42,044 bases of DNA from Gammaproteobacteria bacterium (GCA_040904625.1 JBBDTC010000105.1:1-42044), one strand, 5' to 3'; positions 7,636 to 16,618 are shown, numbered from the stretch's first letter. Translations and numbers: made by a program. Notes: generated by a model not told the origin, from the letters alone.

Positions 7636-9873
7636 TCAGCTGAACCCCTGCTCGCGGCGCGACTGGGCTTCGCGCACCGCCTGCAGCGCCACCCGCGGCA
7701 TGTCGCGCCGGTCGCGGGCCATCTGCGCCTCTATGCGGGCCATCCCCTCCCTGTCGGCGCCGCGGGCGTCGATCTGCGGGCTGTAGTGGATCACCACCGG
7801 GCTGCCGCCGCCGGACGCCTCGACGCCGAGTCGGCCGCCGGCGCCGCGCTTCAGCGGCATGATGGCCTCCGGACCCGCCTCGCCCATCAGCCCGGCGCCG
7901 TTGGCCATCGGAAAGAACGTCGGGCGATCGACGACGCCTCCCCCCAACACTCCTCCCAGCCCGAAGGCATGCACGTGGCCGGCGCTGAAGACGTTGCCCA
8001 GAGCGCTGGGCACGATGTTGGTCGGGGCGCCGCCGCCGAACAGGCTCCCGGCCACCGAACCGAGCAGCGTGCCGAAGATCCCGGTTCCGGAGCTGCCCTG
8101 CTTGCCGAGCAGAACGTCGAGCAGATCGTTGGTCGCCAGTTCCGCCAGCCGGTCGGCCACGCGCACCAGCGCGTTGGCGAAGGTGTCGGCGATCGAGGCG
8201 CCCTCCTGGAAGCCCGACCGCATGTCCTGGAAGAAGCCGCGCGCCACGGCACGGTGGTCGTCGAGACGGTCGATGGCCGCCGCTTCCCTCTCGCGCGCCG
8301 TGATCAGGCCGCGCACCGCGGCTTCCTCCTCGGCCGTGGCGAAGGCGAGCGTGTCGCGCAAGCCGATCATCTCGCGCATCACCGGATCGGTGGCGCGCAG
8401 CATGTCGAGCTCGATCTGCAGTGCGCCCGTCAGGTCGCCGACCGACTGCCGGCCCGATTCCCAGGCGGCCTGGGCAGCCTCGCCCGCCTGGGCGGCGCGC
8501 GTCTGGGCCTCGGCGAATGCGTGGTTGCGCGCCACCAGGCCTGCGATGACCTGGCCGGCTTCGGAGTTCAGCGCCACGCCGGCCTTCTTGACGGCATCGA
8601 GCTGGGCCTGGGCGACTTCGGTGCGCCGCAGCGCCGCGGCCTCCTCCTCGAGGCCCTTGACCACCCCGTCGATGCGCCCCTGCGCGATCTCCTCCGCCGC
8701 CTTGCGGGAACGAACGTCGATGCTCTGGCGCTGTGCGCGGCCGAAGCGCTCGACCTCGTCGATATTGGCCTGGATGGCTTCCTTCTGCCGCTCCCACTCA
8801 CGAATTTGCGCATCGGCCCCCGGTAACCGGAGTCCGGTCTGAAGAGCCTTTTGCGCCGCTTCGATCTGGTCGATCTCCTGGCGCGCGTCGGCCAGGAACC
8901 CATTCATGCCCCCTTCGGAACTCATCGCGTCGTTGACGGCACCGACCCCGTCAGCGACCGCCTGCAGGCCGCCGGCCAGGTTGGTGATGTCCGCGATGCC
9001 CCCGCCGATGAGCTCGAACCACCGACCGGTGTTCTCGACCAGCGTATCGAAGGCGCCCGAAAGCCCGCCGGCGGCCGCGGCCCCGGCGCCGCCGACCTGC
9101 TGCTCGACCGCCTTGAGGATTTCCCGCTGGGCCTCCGCGGTGCGGCCGGTCTCGTTGAAGTTCCTGATCAGCTCGCGCTGCGTGGCGGTGAAGCTGATGC
9201 CTACCCGGCGCAGCGCCGTCAAACCCTGTTCGGGATCCTCCATCGCCTTGGCGAGCTGCACCGCCGACGAGGCCACGGTGCCGAAGCCGACGGCCGCCAG
9301 GTCCTGGGCCAGGCGCAGCGTGTCGTCGAAGGTCTCCCCGGCGATGGTGCGGAAGGTCAGCAGCTGCTGGGCGGCCTGGCGCACGCCGGTGGTGGAGGCG
9401 AGCGTGCCGAGGCCGATCTCGCGCGACAGCGTCTCGATGTCCTGCGCGGTGCGCCCCGCCGCGCCGCCGGTGGCGCGGATCACCTGCTGGGTGGTGAGCT
9501 GGGCGCGCTCGTATTCGGCGAAGGCGCGCACCCCGCGCTGGGCGGCAAACGTCACACCGCCGATGCCGATGGCAAGCCCGCCCATGGCCAGCCCCATCCG
9601 CCCCACGAGCATCCCGGTGGCGGACAGGCGCGAGGCTATGCCGCCAAGCGGGCCGTGCATCACCGCGACGGAACCGGCAGCATTGCGGAACGAGGCGGCC
9701 AGCCCCTGGTTGGCCCTGGTCAGCCCCGCGGCCTCGGCCGAGGTGCGGCGCATGCCCTGGGCGGCCGTGCCGGACTGGCGCCCCAGACCGCCGACGGCGC
9801 GCTGGGTCTCCTCGGCGGCCTTCCTGGCGCCCTCGGCGTTGCCGTCGATGACAAGGGCGAGGCGCAGTGTCAT
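7636..9873 (-). CDS. Tail tape measure protein
   Basis: 745 aa, Ala/Gly-rich and helical with hydrophobic glycine-zipper segments. It lies directly downstream of the frameshifted chaperone pair. Confidence 0.8.
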   Translation of the reverse strand: MTLRLALVIDGNAEGARKAAEETQRAVGGLGRQSGTAAQGMRRTSAEAAGLTRANQGLAASFRNAAGSVAVMHGPLGGIASRLSATGMLVGRMGLAMGGLAIGIGGVTFAAQRGVRAFAEYERAQLTTQQVIRATGGAAGRTAQDIETLSREIGLGTLASTTGVRQAAQQLLTFRTIAGETFDDTLRLAQDLAAVGFGTVASSAVQLAKAMEDPEQGLTALRRVGISFTATQRELIRNFNETGRTAEAQREILKAVEQQVGGAGAAAAGGLSGAFDTLVENTGRWFELIGGGIADITNLAGGLQAVADGVGAVNDAMSSEGGMNGFLADARQEIDQIEAAQKALQTGLRLPGADAQIREWERQKEAIQANIDEVERFGRAQRQSIDVRSRKAAEEIAQGRIDGVVKGLEEEAAALRRTEVAQAQLDAVKKAGVALNSEAGQVIAGLVARNHAFAEAQTRAAQAGEAAQAAWESGRQSVGDLTGALQIELDMLRATDPVMREMIGLRDTLAFATAEEEAAVRGLITAREREAAAIDRLDDHRAVARGFFQDMRSGFQEGASIADTFANALVRVADRLAELATNDLLDVLLGKQGSSGTGIFGTLLGSVAGSLFGGGAPTNIVPSALGNVFSAGHVHAFGLGGVLGGGVVDRPTFFPMANGAGLMGEAGPEAIMPLKRGAGGRLGVEASGGGSPVVIHYSPQIDARGADREGMARIEAQMARDRRDMPRVALQAVREAQSRREQGFS

Positions 9874-9886
9874 GGGCGCGCCCCGC

Positions 9887-10635
9887 TCACTCGTTCAATG
9901 CCTCGAGCGCCGCGGCTTCCATCACCTGGAGCCCGAGCCACAGCTCCCGCGTCACGGCGATGCCCGCCGCGTCGAGCCCGGCCCGGACGCCTGCATAGTC
10001 CAGTCCGATGAAGGTCAGCCGGGCAGGTGTCATGCCGCCGCCGAGGCTCTGCGTCCGCCACTGGCTGGAGATCCACAGGAAGGCGGCGACCGTTTCGGCG
10101 TTCTGAGGCCATACTCCCGAGCCGGGACCGGCGCGCACGGCGGCCGGCGCTCCCAGCGATTCGCGGATGGCGTCGAGCGCCTCCTGCGAAGCCCCCCCGG
10201 CGCGGGCATCCGCCACCGCCTCGGGCTCGTCGCCGGGAGCGCCGCCAGGCGCAACGGGTGAGCTGTCGCTCAGGCTGCCCGTCGCCCAGGCCCGGGCAGC
10301 CCATTTCAGTTTCCCCTTGCGGCCCCGGCGACCGCCTCGAAATACGCCCTGGCGAGCGCCAGCCGCGCATAGGGCAGCGCCAGGACCTGGTCGCGTACCG
10401 CGTCGGAATAGGGCACCGGCTTGCCGTCCTCGCCGGCGATATCGTCGAGGCGCTGGATGACGCGCTCCAGGAAGTCGCGTGTGCCCTGCCGGTCGTAGAG
10501 GTCGTAGCGGCCGGCCTCCTCGACGTCGAGCACGCAAAAGGTGGCGCTCAGCGTCTCCTTGCGGTGGCCGCCGTCGGCCGGCACCAGCACCTCGACGGAG
10601 CGGGTGAAGGTGGGATTGGCATCGAGCTTGAACAT
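9887..10635 (-). CDS. Tail assembly chaperone, -1 frameshift fusion product (GT-like)
   Basis: The frame downstream of the slip site has no start codon of its own but encodes a DUF1799-like segment (VWPQNAETVAAFLWISSQWR...FIGLDYAGV...ELWLGLQVME). Confidence 0.6.
10306..10635 (-). CDS. Tail assembly chaperone (G-like, 109 aa)
   Basis: MFKLDANPTFTRSVEV..., with an AAGGAG Shine-Dalgarno sequence upstream of the ATG at 10633-10635. It lies between the tube and tape-measure genes. Confidence 0.7.
   Translation of the reverse strand: MFKLDANPTFTRSVEVLVPADGGHRKETLSATFCVLDVEEAGRYDLYDRQGTRDFLERVIQRLDDIAGEDGKPVPYSDAVRDQVLALPYARLALARAYFEAVAGAARGN
10309..10315 (-). promoter_or_regulatory. Programmed -1 ribosomal frameshift heptamer G GGA AAC
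   Basis: A canonical XXXYYYZ heptamer read as G-GGA-AAC in the zero frame, immediately before the TGA stop (10306-10308). Lambda G/GT uses GGGAAAG. Confidence 0.6.
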
Positions 10636-10734
10636 GGGGCTCCTTCGGGGTGTGTGGTTGGTGGCGATGGTAAGTAGTGAGTGGGAGATGGCGGCCGGGC
10701 GAAGCATCCCTATTCACCACTCACCACCCACCCC

Positions 10735-11670
10735 TCACGTCAGCGTGATCGTGAACTGATCGTCGCCGGAGTCGAACTTCGGGCTCAAGCTGAGCGGCCA
10801 CTCGACGATGCCCTGCTGGTTCTCCAACCCGGTCATGCGCTGAACCTCGCACTTCGGCGCGGCGATGGTGGAGATCTTGCCCGCAGCGGTGCCGTGGGTG
10901 ATGCTCACAGCGACTTCCGTCTTGTCCTTGGCCGCGGCGAACGGGTCGAAGGTGGTGAGCGGTACCGCCTCGACACTGGCCGAGATCACCTCGGCGCGAT
11001 CGACGATCAGAATATCCTCGCGCCCGATGAGCAGCCGCGGCTGTACATCGTTGGCCAGGTCGAGCTGGAAGTTGCGCAGCACCAGGGACTCGCCCCCGAC
11101 CGTGAAGGCCGGCGTATTGGCGTGGCTGCCGACGATCGGCGCCTCGAAGCCCGACAGGTCGGGCGTGACGCGCGTCTCTTCCGACGGCGCGACATAGAGC
11201 CCGGTGAAGGTCCAGCGGATGCGCGGCACCCCTTGCGCCGGAATCTCGATGACGCCCGTTCCGCGGGCCCCCAACAGGACGTGCCGGGTGCCGCCCTTCC
11301 AGAAATAGAAGGTGGCGCTCTCGTGATCGTCCGACACCGGGTTGTAGACCACGTCGACGCCCGCCTGGGTCGTTTCGGCAAGCGCGCAGGCCCGCGCCAG
11401 CACGCCCCATTTGGGCGCCGTGCCGGCCGTGCCGGAGCCCACCAGCTCGGTGGCGCCTGAGAGCACCGCCCGGACGGCCGCCACCAGCGTGCCCTGGTTG
11501 CCGAGCTGGGCGAACTCGAGCTCGCGGCCAACGTCCTCGCCTTCCTGGGGGCGCAGCTGCACGTCCGTCATCAGCATGCCGTCGCTACCGACGGGCTCGG
11601 CGTCGGTGCCGTAGGTCGTCTCGATCTTCGCGAGTGCAATGGTCGAGCGCCACTTGATTGGGTCAGGCAT
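10735..11670 (-). CDS. Major tail tube protein
   Basis: 311-aa ORF directly upstream of the chaperone pair. The composition looks beta-rich. Confidence 0.6.
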   Translation of the reverse strand: MPDPIKWRSTIALAKIETTYGTDAEPVGSDGMLMTDVQLRPQEGEDVGRELEFAQLGNQGTLVAAVRAVLSGATELVGSGTAGTAPKWGVLARACALAETTQAGVDVVYNPVSDDHESATFYFWKGGTRHVLLGARGTGVIEIPAQGVPRIRWTFTGLYVAPSEETRVTPDLSGFEAPIVGSHANTPAFTVGGESLVLRNFQLDLANDVQPRLLIGREDILIVDRAEVISASVEAVPLTTFDPFAAAKDKTEVAVSITHGTAAGKISTIAAPKCEVQRMTGLENQQGIVEWPLSLSPKFDSGDDQFTITLT

Positions 11671-11839
11671 TGGACGATCCCTCCTTCACGCCCTTGCCTT
11701 TCTGCCCGCCTGCTCCTTGCGGAGAGGGGGTGGGGGGAGCTGCCGGGCGCTCCTTGCGCGGCTCCGTCCACTGCCGCCGCTCGAGCTTGCCGTCCTTGCG
11801 AGCATACGAGCCGCCCTTCCTGGGTGTGGTTCTGGTCAT
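11663..11839 (-). CDS. Small basic 58-aa protein carrying a degenerate copy of the GC-rich element
   Basis: MTRTTPRKGGSYARKDGKLERRQWTEPRKERPAAPPTPSPQGAGGQKGKGVKEGSSNA. The ATG forms an ATGA overlap with the upstream stop at 11836-11839. It is below the ORF-track cutoff as a stand-alone ORF. Confidence 0.4.
   Translation of the reverse strand: MTRTTPRKGGSYARKDGKLERRQWTEPRKERPAAPPTPSPQGAGGQKGKGVKEGSSNA
11705..11740 (+). repeat. Degenerate fourth copy of the GC-rich hairpin element
   Basis: ctgctccttgcggagagggggtggggggag shares the GGGGGTGGGGGG tail and a CTCC-TTGC-GGAG hairpin with the copies at 27881, 36209 and 37891. Confidence 0.45.
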
Positions 11840-12276
11840 GAGGCGATCCTCAGCTGGTCCATGAGTGAAAAATCGATCTGGTAGATGACTGTGCCGGCGT
11901 TCACCGAAACGAGCCGCCCGCGCCGGGCGACGAACACGCCGATGGCATCGTCCGGCGCCCAGCCGGCGATCGCCGCCACGACGGCGTCCTTGAGCTGGTC
12001 GACCGTGGCGAGCGCCCGCCTGGCGCGCGGGTCGCCGGCGGCCTCGACGAACAGGATGACGCCGACGGTTTCGGTGGTGGACTGGCGGTAGAGCCCGGCC
12101 GCGGCGTCCGGGGTGCCACCGTCGAAGCCGAGCGGCACGACGAAGGCGGCGGGATTCCGCTGCGGCAGTGCCCCGGTGCTGACGAGGACGGCGAGGTCGG
12201 CCACCTCGTCGACTCGGCCGGTCAGCGCCGTCACCTCCGCCTCGAGGCGCGTCTTGATGTCGGAGACGAGCGTCAT
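11836..12276 (-). CDS. Neck / tail-terminator protein (Mu gp37-like)
   Basis: 146 aa starting MTLVSDIKTRLEAE, with an ATGA overlap at 12273-12276. Its position after the G homologue fits. Confidence 0.5.
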   Translation of the reverse strand: MTLVSDIKTRLEAEVTALTGRVDEVADLAVLVSTGALPQRNPAAFVVPLGFDGGTPDAAAGLYRQSTTETVGVILFVEAAGDPRARRALATVDQLKDAVVAAIAGWAPDDAIGVFVARRGRLVSVNAGTVIYQIDFSLMDQLRIAS

Positions 12277-12782
12277 GGTGCGGCCCCGGTCCCGGCTTCG
12301 TCGTCCGCGATCCAGTCGCGGGCGATCGCCAGGATCTCGGTCTCGTCGTCCTCGTCGATGCCAAGGAACGGCCGGGCCGGGATGGTGACCTGCTGCTTGG
12401 TGGCCCACTGGCCCCCCACCTTGAAGCGCAGGCCCTTCGATGTCTTGGCCGTGATGGTGCCGCCCAGCTGGTGGATGGCGGCGTAGAGCACGTTGGTGCC
12501 GACCTCGACGCCGGACTCGGTGGCGTTGTGGGTTAGCGACTGTACGAGGATCCCCGAAACACGCAGTGTCGGGCGGCCATCTCCAAGGAGTTCCCGAATG
12601 GCCGGCGGCCAGGGGCTGCCGTCCGGGCCCTGCTTGCGCTCGAAGCGACGCTGGGTCGACACGACCAGGCGCGCGCCGATGTTGTCGAACATGCCGCGCG
12701 GGTTTGAAGCCCGTTCGACATAGCCTTGAAGGGCCTCCAACGCCTCGTCCTGGCCGGTGACCTGGATGCGCGCCCCGTCCAT
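12273..12782 (-). CDS. Virion morphogenesis protein (Mu G / P2 S family)
   Basis: The signature VGTNVLYAAIHQLGG...IPARPFLG is typical of the family. Confidence 0.7.
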   Translation of the reverse strand: MDGARIQVTGQDEALEALQGYVERASNPRGMFDNIGARLVVSTQRRFERKQGPDGSPWPPAIRELLGDGRPTLRVSGILVQSLTHNATESGVEVGTNVLYAAIHQLGGTITAKTSKGLRFKVGGQWATKQQVTIPARPFLGIDEDDETEILAIARDWIADDEAGTGAAP

Positions 12783-13210
12783 CAGATGTAGCCCTTCAGG
12801 TTGTCGGGCGTGAGCGGCCGGTCGCGGTCGTTGGTGCGCACGCCCGACGAGCCCGAGGCCGTCGGCTCGGCGCCGTCCACGTCGAGGCGCACGGTGCCCG
12901 CCGCGATGTCGCGCAGCACCCGCAGCGCGTCGTCATAGTCCCGCCGGACCTTTTCGCTCGCGACGTTGCGGTGCAGCTTATAGAGCGCGATCGCCAGCGC
13001 CAGGTCGACGAGCAGCGCCGGGGTGGCGGCGAGCGGCAGCAGATAGCGGCCCTTCAGAAACCCATCGATCAGCGCGTCGGTGTCGGCCAGCGCGCGCTCG
13101 ACCACGTCGGCGTCAACGGCGCCGATCGGCGTCTCGCCCCGATCGGTGAGCTCGATCAGCATCGTCTCGCCGTAGCGGTCGGTCAGCTGGGCCTGGGTGG
13201 CGTAGGGCAT
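12782..13210 (-). CDS. Head-tail connector protein (Mu gp36-like, DUF1320)
   Basis: The pattern MPYATQAQLTDRYGETMLIELTDR...IDGFLKGRYLLPL is typical of the family. Confidence 0.7.
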   Translation of the reverse strand: MPYATQAQLTDRYGETMLIELTDRGETPIGAVDADVVERALADTDALIDGFLKGRYLLPLAATPALLVDLALAIALYKLHRNVASEKVRRDYDDALRVLRDIAAGTVRLDVDGAEPTASGSSGVRTNDRDRPLTPDNLKGYI

Positions 13211-13321
13211 CGCCGTCTCTCAAAGGTTCGGGGGCCGGCCTGAGCCCGGCTCAGGATGTGATGTATCCCCTCCGGCCCCCGGCTTCGGGGTTGCATGGCT
13301 CGGAGCGGGGCGGCTCGCCCC

Positions 13322-13927
13322 TCAGGTCGCTCCGCCGACCGTTCCGCCGCGCGCATAGGTCAGGAGCTCGACCGTCAGGTTCGGCTCCGCCAACAGCGCG
13401 GCGATCTGCTGACAAGTGAAACGGTCGATCGGATGCTCGACTGCCGCCTTGGAGTGCCGCATCCCGGCCCGCCGGAATCCGTCACGCTTGGCCGCGATGC
13501 GAACGTGTGTCGGGGAGCCGGACTGTGTCCCTACGTTCGGCGAGGCGACCGCCCCGTCCGACGTTCCGCCACCGGTGCTGGGGGCCTCGCGAGCCGTACC
13601 AGAGCTCCCCTCTGGGGTATTGGTGGAGGCGGGCTGCTCATCCGCCTCCTTCGGTTCAGCCGCGGCAGGCGGACCATCGACCGCCACAGCCTGAGGAGGC
13701 GTTTCCGAATTGACCTCGGGCGGCGCGCCGGGAACACTCTCTGCCGCGTAGAGCACGGCCTGCGGGCCCCAGTCGTCCATGCGGCTCGCCGGCAGCAGGT
13801 CGGCGACGTCGACCGGCACCTCCGTGCTCGCGAAGCCGGCGATCTGCGCGAAGCTCGTCACGCCCCTGGCGCGCAGCTCCTCGGCCGTCTTCGGCCCGAT
13901 ACCCTTGATGCGTGTCAGATCGTCCAT
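13322..13927 (-). CDS. HhH-domain protein with a FluMu/HI1506-like C-terminal domain
   Basis: N-terminal helix-hairpin-helix (IKGIGPKTAEEL), a low-complexity linker, and the C-terminal stretch VRIAAKRDGFRRAGMRH...TCQQIAALLAEPNLTVE. Confidence 0.6.
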   Translation of the reverse strand: MDDLTRIKGIGPKTAEELRARGVTSFAQIAGFASTEVPVDVADLLPASRMDDWGPQAVLYAAESVPGAPPEVNSETPPQAVAVDGPPAAAEPKEADEQPASTNTPEGSSGTAREAPSTGGGTSDGAVASPNVGTQSGSPTHVRIAAKRDGFRRAGMRHSKAAVEHPIDRFTCQQIAALLAEPNLTVELLTYARGGTVGGAT

Positions 13928-13945
13928 GTCGTCTCCCTCGAGTGC

Positions 13946-14020
13946 TGGTAGCGGGGGCCGGGTTCGAACCGGCGACCTGCAGGTTATGAGCCTGCCGAGC
14001 TACCGCTGCTCCACCCCGCG
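13946..14020 (-). tRNA. tRNA-Met (anticodon CAT), initiator-like
   Basis: The reverse complement is CGCGGGGTGGAGCAGCGGTAGCTCGGCAGGCTCATAACCTGCAGGTCGCCGGTTCGAACCCGGCCCCCGCTACCA. It folds as a 75-nt cloverleaf with a 7-bp acceptor stem, GAGC/GCTC D stem, GCAGG/CCTGC anticodon stem, loop CTCATAA, GCCGG/CCGGC T stem, and an encoded CCA. Confidence 0.85.
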
Positions 14021-14037
14021 GTTGATCCGGTCAGGCG

Positions 14038-14931
14038 TCAGGCCAGCCAGGGAACGACGAGCAGCTCCGCGGTGCCCTTCCACTCATTGGTCTCGCCGCC
14101 CGAGGCGTTCTCGGAGTTGAGGATCTTGCGTGCGGCGCTCTCCAGCGACGGCGGCACGACGAGCAGGTTGGGCATGAGGCCCAGCGGCCGGCCGTAATCG
14201 CCCTTCATGCCGCTGAGCGCGGCCCGCGCCGTGGCGTAATTGGCCGCGTTGAGCGTCTGCTTGGAGCCCCAGGCGAACTGCCAGAAGCCGAAGCCCACGT
14301 TGCCGCGGGCGTCCGCGCCGTAGACGAACTCCTTGTTGGTGAAGACGTTGTCGTCGGTCAGCTTGTCCTTGGCGACGAACTGGAAGTCGCGGCGCTTCTG
14401 CAGGATCACCGGCTTGAGCACGCGGGAAGCGTCGATGAGGAACCAGGGCGTGCCGGCCCCGCCGTCGGTGTTGGCGACCGAAGTCTCCGCGCCGTTTGCG
14501 TCGAGCACCGGGTGGTCGGTGTCGAAATAGGGCTGGCCGTCATAGGCGAGCTCGGTGAAGCCGTTTTTCAGGTGGGCGAAGGCGAGCGTGTCCCAGTGCG
14601 CGCCGGTCGACTGGCCCATTTCGGTGAACAGCGGCGTGTAGATGCCGAGGTTGTCGGTCTCGATGTCGTCGCGGTCGACGCCGATGGTCAGCTCCCACGG
14701 CTTCTCCTTGATGGCATAGTCGTGCTGCTGCAGGTTCTGCACGGCGCGCGGCCCGATCCATTCGCGGACGTTGGGGATCTTGCCGAGCCAGCCGTACTTC
14801 TGCTCCTTGGCGGACGACGGGACGATGGTGGCGATGCGGGTGTGCATCGTGGAGGCCATCGCCAGCCCGCCCTGGAAGCTGGTGGAGAAACCGACGCGCA
14901 GGGCGTCGAGGTTGGCGGCATTGACGAGCAT
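14038..14931 (-). CDS. Major head subunit (Mu gpT family)
   Basis: 297 aa, with ...KYGWLGKIPNVREWIGPR... and ...LLVVPWLA typical of Mu-like gpT. It lies after the protease/scaffold gene. Confidence 0.8.
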   Translation of the reverse strand: MLVNAANLDALRVGFSTSFQGGLAMASTMHTRIATIVPSSAKEQKYGWLGKIPNVREWIGPRAVQNLQQHDYAIKEKPWELTIGVDRDDIETDNLGIYTPLFTEMGQSTGAHWDTLAFAHLKNGFTELAYDGQPYFDTDHPVLDANGAETSVANTDGGAGTPWFLIDASRVLKPVILQKRRDFQFVAKDKLTDDNVFTNKEFVYGADARGNVGFGFWQFAWGSKQTLNAANYATARAALSGMKGDYGRPLGLMPNLLVVPPSLESAARKILNSENASGGETNEWKGTAELLVVPWLA

Positions 14932-14995
14932 GAGACTTGTTCCTTGGGTTCGGATGCCTGGTGGGGTGCCTGGGGGTTACGGGTGGCCTGGGCTC

Positions 14996-15412
14996 TCAGA
15001 CGATGCCCAGCTTGACCCAGACGCCGTTGTCGTCGACCTGGACGACCTTGCCGGCGACGGAGCGGGCACCGGTGTCGTCGGTCTTGGCCACCGTCTGGTC
15101 ATCGACGATGTAGCAATCGTCCCCGATCTCGGCGGCGGTGATCTCGTCGGCGCCGGCGGAGTTGGCGAACTGGAAGACGCCGCGCCGGACCCTCACCTTG
15201 ACGTCGCCGGCGGCACCGTCGGTGTTGTCCACCCGCTCCTCCGCCCGGCCCACGGTGACGAGGGTGGTGGCGGTCGCGCCAGGCGTGGCGAAGCCGGTGG
15301 CGCTCAAGGCCACGATCGCCCCGGCATAGATCAGAGCAGCGGCGGCCACGCCGTACGATTCTACGTCGCCGTCAGCGCGCGGCGTGTTGCGGTCAGCAGT
15401 CAGGGCGGGCAT
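14996..15412 (-). CDS. Head decoration-like protein (DUF2190-like)
   Basis: 138-aa beta-rich ORF between I/Z and T. Its start shares one nucleotide with the I stop (TGATG). Confidence 0.45.
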   Translation of the reverse strand: MPALTADRNTPRADGDVESYGVAAAALIYAGAIVALSATGFATPGATATTLVTVGRAEERVDNTDGAAGDVKVRVRRGVFQFANSAGADEITAAEIGDDCYIVDDQTVAKTDDTGARSVAGKVVQVDDNGVWVKLGIV

Positions 15413-16014
15413 CAGGCGGCCTCCTCGGCATCAGCGGCCTCGGCCGCCAGGGTTTTGGCGTAAGCTCCCGGGTCGATCCCGAGGAGCTTGGCGGCGGTGC
15501 GGTGCTCGGCGTGGAGCGAGACATTGCCGTCCTTGTCCTTCGCCGGCGGCGCGATCGTCGCGCCCGAGTGGCCGAGGATCGGGAACGCGCCGATCTCCTT
15601 CTCGACGCGCGCCGGGTCGGCCGCGTGCATGGCGATGTAGTGGTCACGCAACGGCTTGACGCCGACGCGCCCCCTGGCGATCTCGCCGTCGACGAAGGCG
15701 GTGGCCTTGTCCGTGGCGCCGGCGGTACGCAGCTCGTTGAGCTGGGTGGTAACGGTGGCGAGCTCCGCCTGCAGGGCGGTGACGGCTTCCCCGTGCCTGT
15801 CGGCGCCGGACCCATTCGCGGCGAGCGTCGTGACCGCATTCAGCACGGCATCCTGGTCGGCGTCTTCCTTGAGGCCGGCGGCCTTGGCGATCGGCGCCAG
15901 GGCCGACTGCAGCGACGTCGAACCCTTCAGCTCGCCGACGGAGTGCAGCACGGCGGCTTCGTCGGCATCGGCGGCAAGCCCGAGGGCCTCCCGCAGCTTC
16001 GTGAGCAAGTCCAT
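15412..16014 (-). CDS. Nested scaffold protein (gpZ-like), in-frame internal start
   Basis: Internal ATG at 16012-16014 (MDLLTKLREALGL...) preceded by a GGAGGA Shine-Dalgarno sequence at 7-nt spacing. The C-terminal half is helical and Ala-rich. Confidence 0.5.
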   Translation of the reverse strand: MDLLTKLREALGLAADADEAAVLHSVGELKGSTSLQSALAPIAKAAGLKEDADQDAVLNAVTTLAANGSGADRHGEAVTALQAELATVTTQLNELRTAGATDKATAFVDGEIARGRVGVKPLRDHYIAMHAADPARVEKEIGAFPILGHSGATIAPPAKDKDGNVSLHAEHRTAAKLLGIDPGAYAKTLAAEAADAEEAA

Positions 16015-16584
16015 CTTGGAATCCTCCAGTTCGGAGTTGAGCGCGGCCAGGCCGCGCAGGTTTGGGCGGTTGGTTAGCGCGGCCCGCAGGATGCCGGTCA
16101 CGCGATGATGGCTGGTGTGGGTGATTGCCGGAGAGATGTGCCGGTAGGCCCGGTCGGACATCAGCGCCTTGCCGGCGGCCGTCCATTCGACCCGCCCCCA
16201 GATGCCGTCGTCGCGCGCCTGCAGATCCACGATCCAGCCGCGCGCCGGCGACGGGCCGCCCTGGGGCGCGGCGAGATCGGTGGAATGGTTCTCGTCGATC
16301 GGCAACCGTCCGCCGGCGGCCTGGAGGCTCGATGCGGCGAGCTGGGCGGCGTCGGTGACGCGATAGGGACCGCGGCCGTCGACAGTGATGACCATGTCGG
16401 CCGGCAGCAGATGGACCCACTCGGGCGCATCACGATGGCCATCCGCGCCGGCGGCGACGTCGGGCAGCGCCACGGCCTGGCATAGCGCGGCCCGGTCGGT
16501 CGCCCGATCGGTCACCACGTCGGCCGCGGCGTGCAGTGCCACCTGGAGGGCGGGGAGGCCGGGGATTGCGTTGAAGCGCGTCAT
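15412..16584 (-). CDS. Head maturation protease / scaffold (Mu gpI family)
   Basis: WVHLLP...GRGPYRV...LPIDENHS...GWI..L..R.DGIWGRVEWT..G matches Mu I-type proteins. I chose the ATG at 16582-16584, because the longer GTG-started ORF (16635) would read through the upstream palindrome. Confidence 0.75.
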   Translation of the reverse strand: MTRFNAIPGLPALQVALHAAADVVTDRATDRAALCQAVALPDVAAGADGHRDAPEWVHLLPADMVITVDGRGPYRVTDAAQLAASSLQAAGGRLPIDENHSTDLAAPQGGPSPARGWIVDLQARDDGIWGRVEWTAAGKALMSDRAYRHISPAITHTSHHRVTGILRAALTNRPNLRGLAALNSELEDSKMDLLTKLREALGLAADADEAAVLHSVGELKGSTSLQSALAPIAKAAGLKEDADQDAVLNAVTTLAANGSGADRHGEAVTALQAELATVTTQLNELRTAGATDKATAFVDGEIARGRVGVKPLRDHYIAMHAADPARVEKEIGAFPILGHSGATIAPPAKDKDGNVSLHAEHRTAAKLLGIDPGAYAKTLAAEAADAEEAA

Positions 16585-16618
16585 GTGGGCAATATCGGGA
16601 TTGCAGGGGCTGCCCATA

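Noticed and set aside
7622-8797. 391-aa ORF and several plus-strand ORFs (7786-8826, 7859-8842, 8851-10011, 8906-10261) over the tape-measure gene
   Set aside because: All are low-complexity R/G/P/A-rich alternative frames of a GC-rich gene. The 745-aa frame has the expected tape-measure composition and genomic context.
13230-13295. Two GC hairpins (CCTGAGC-CCG-GCTCAGG at 13239-13255 and CCCCG-GCTT-CGGGG at 13277-13290), considered as an intrinsic terminator inside the late operon
   Set aside because: On the transcribed (minus) strand neither hairpin is followed by a U-tract. They may be RNA processing or stability elements, but a terminator call is not supported.
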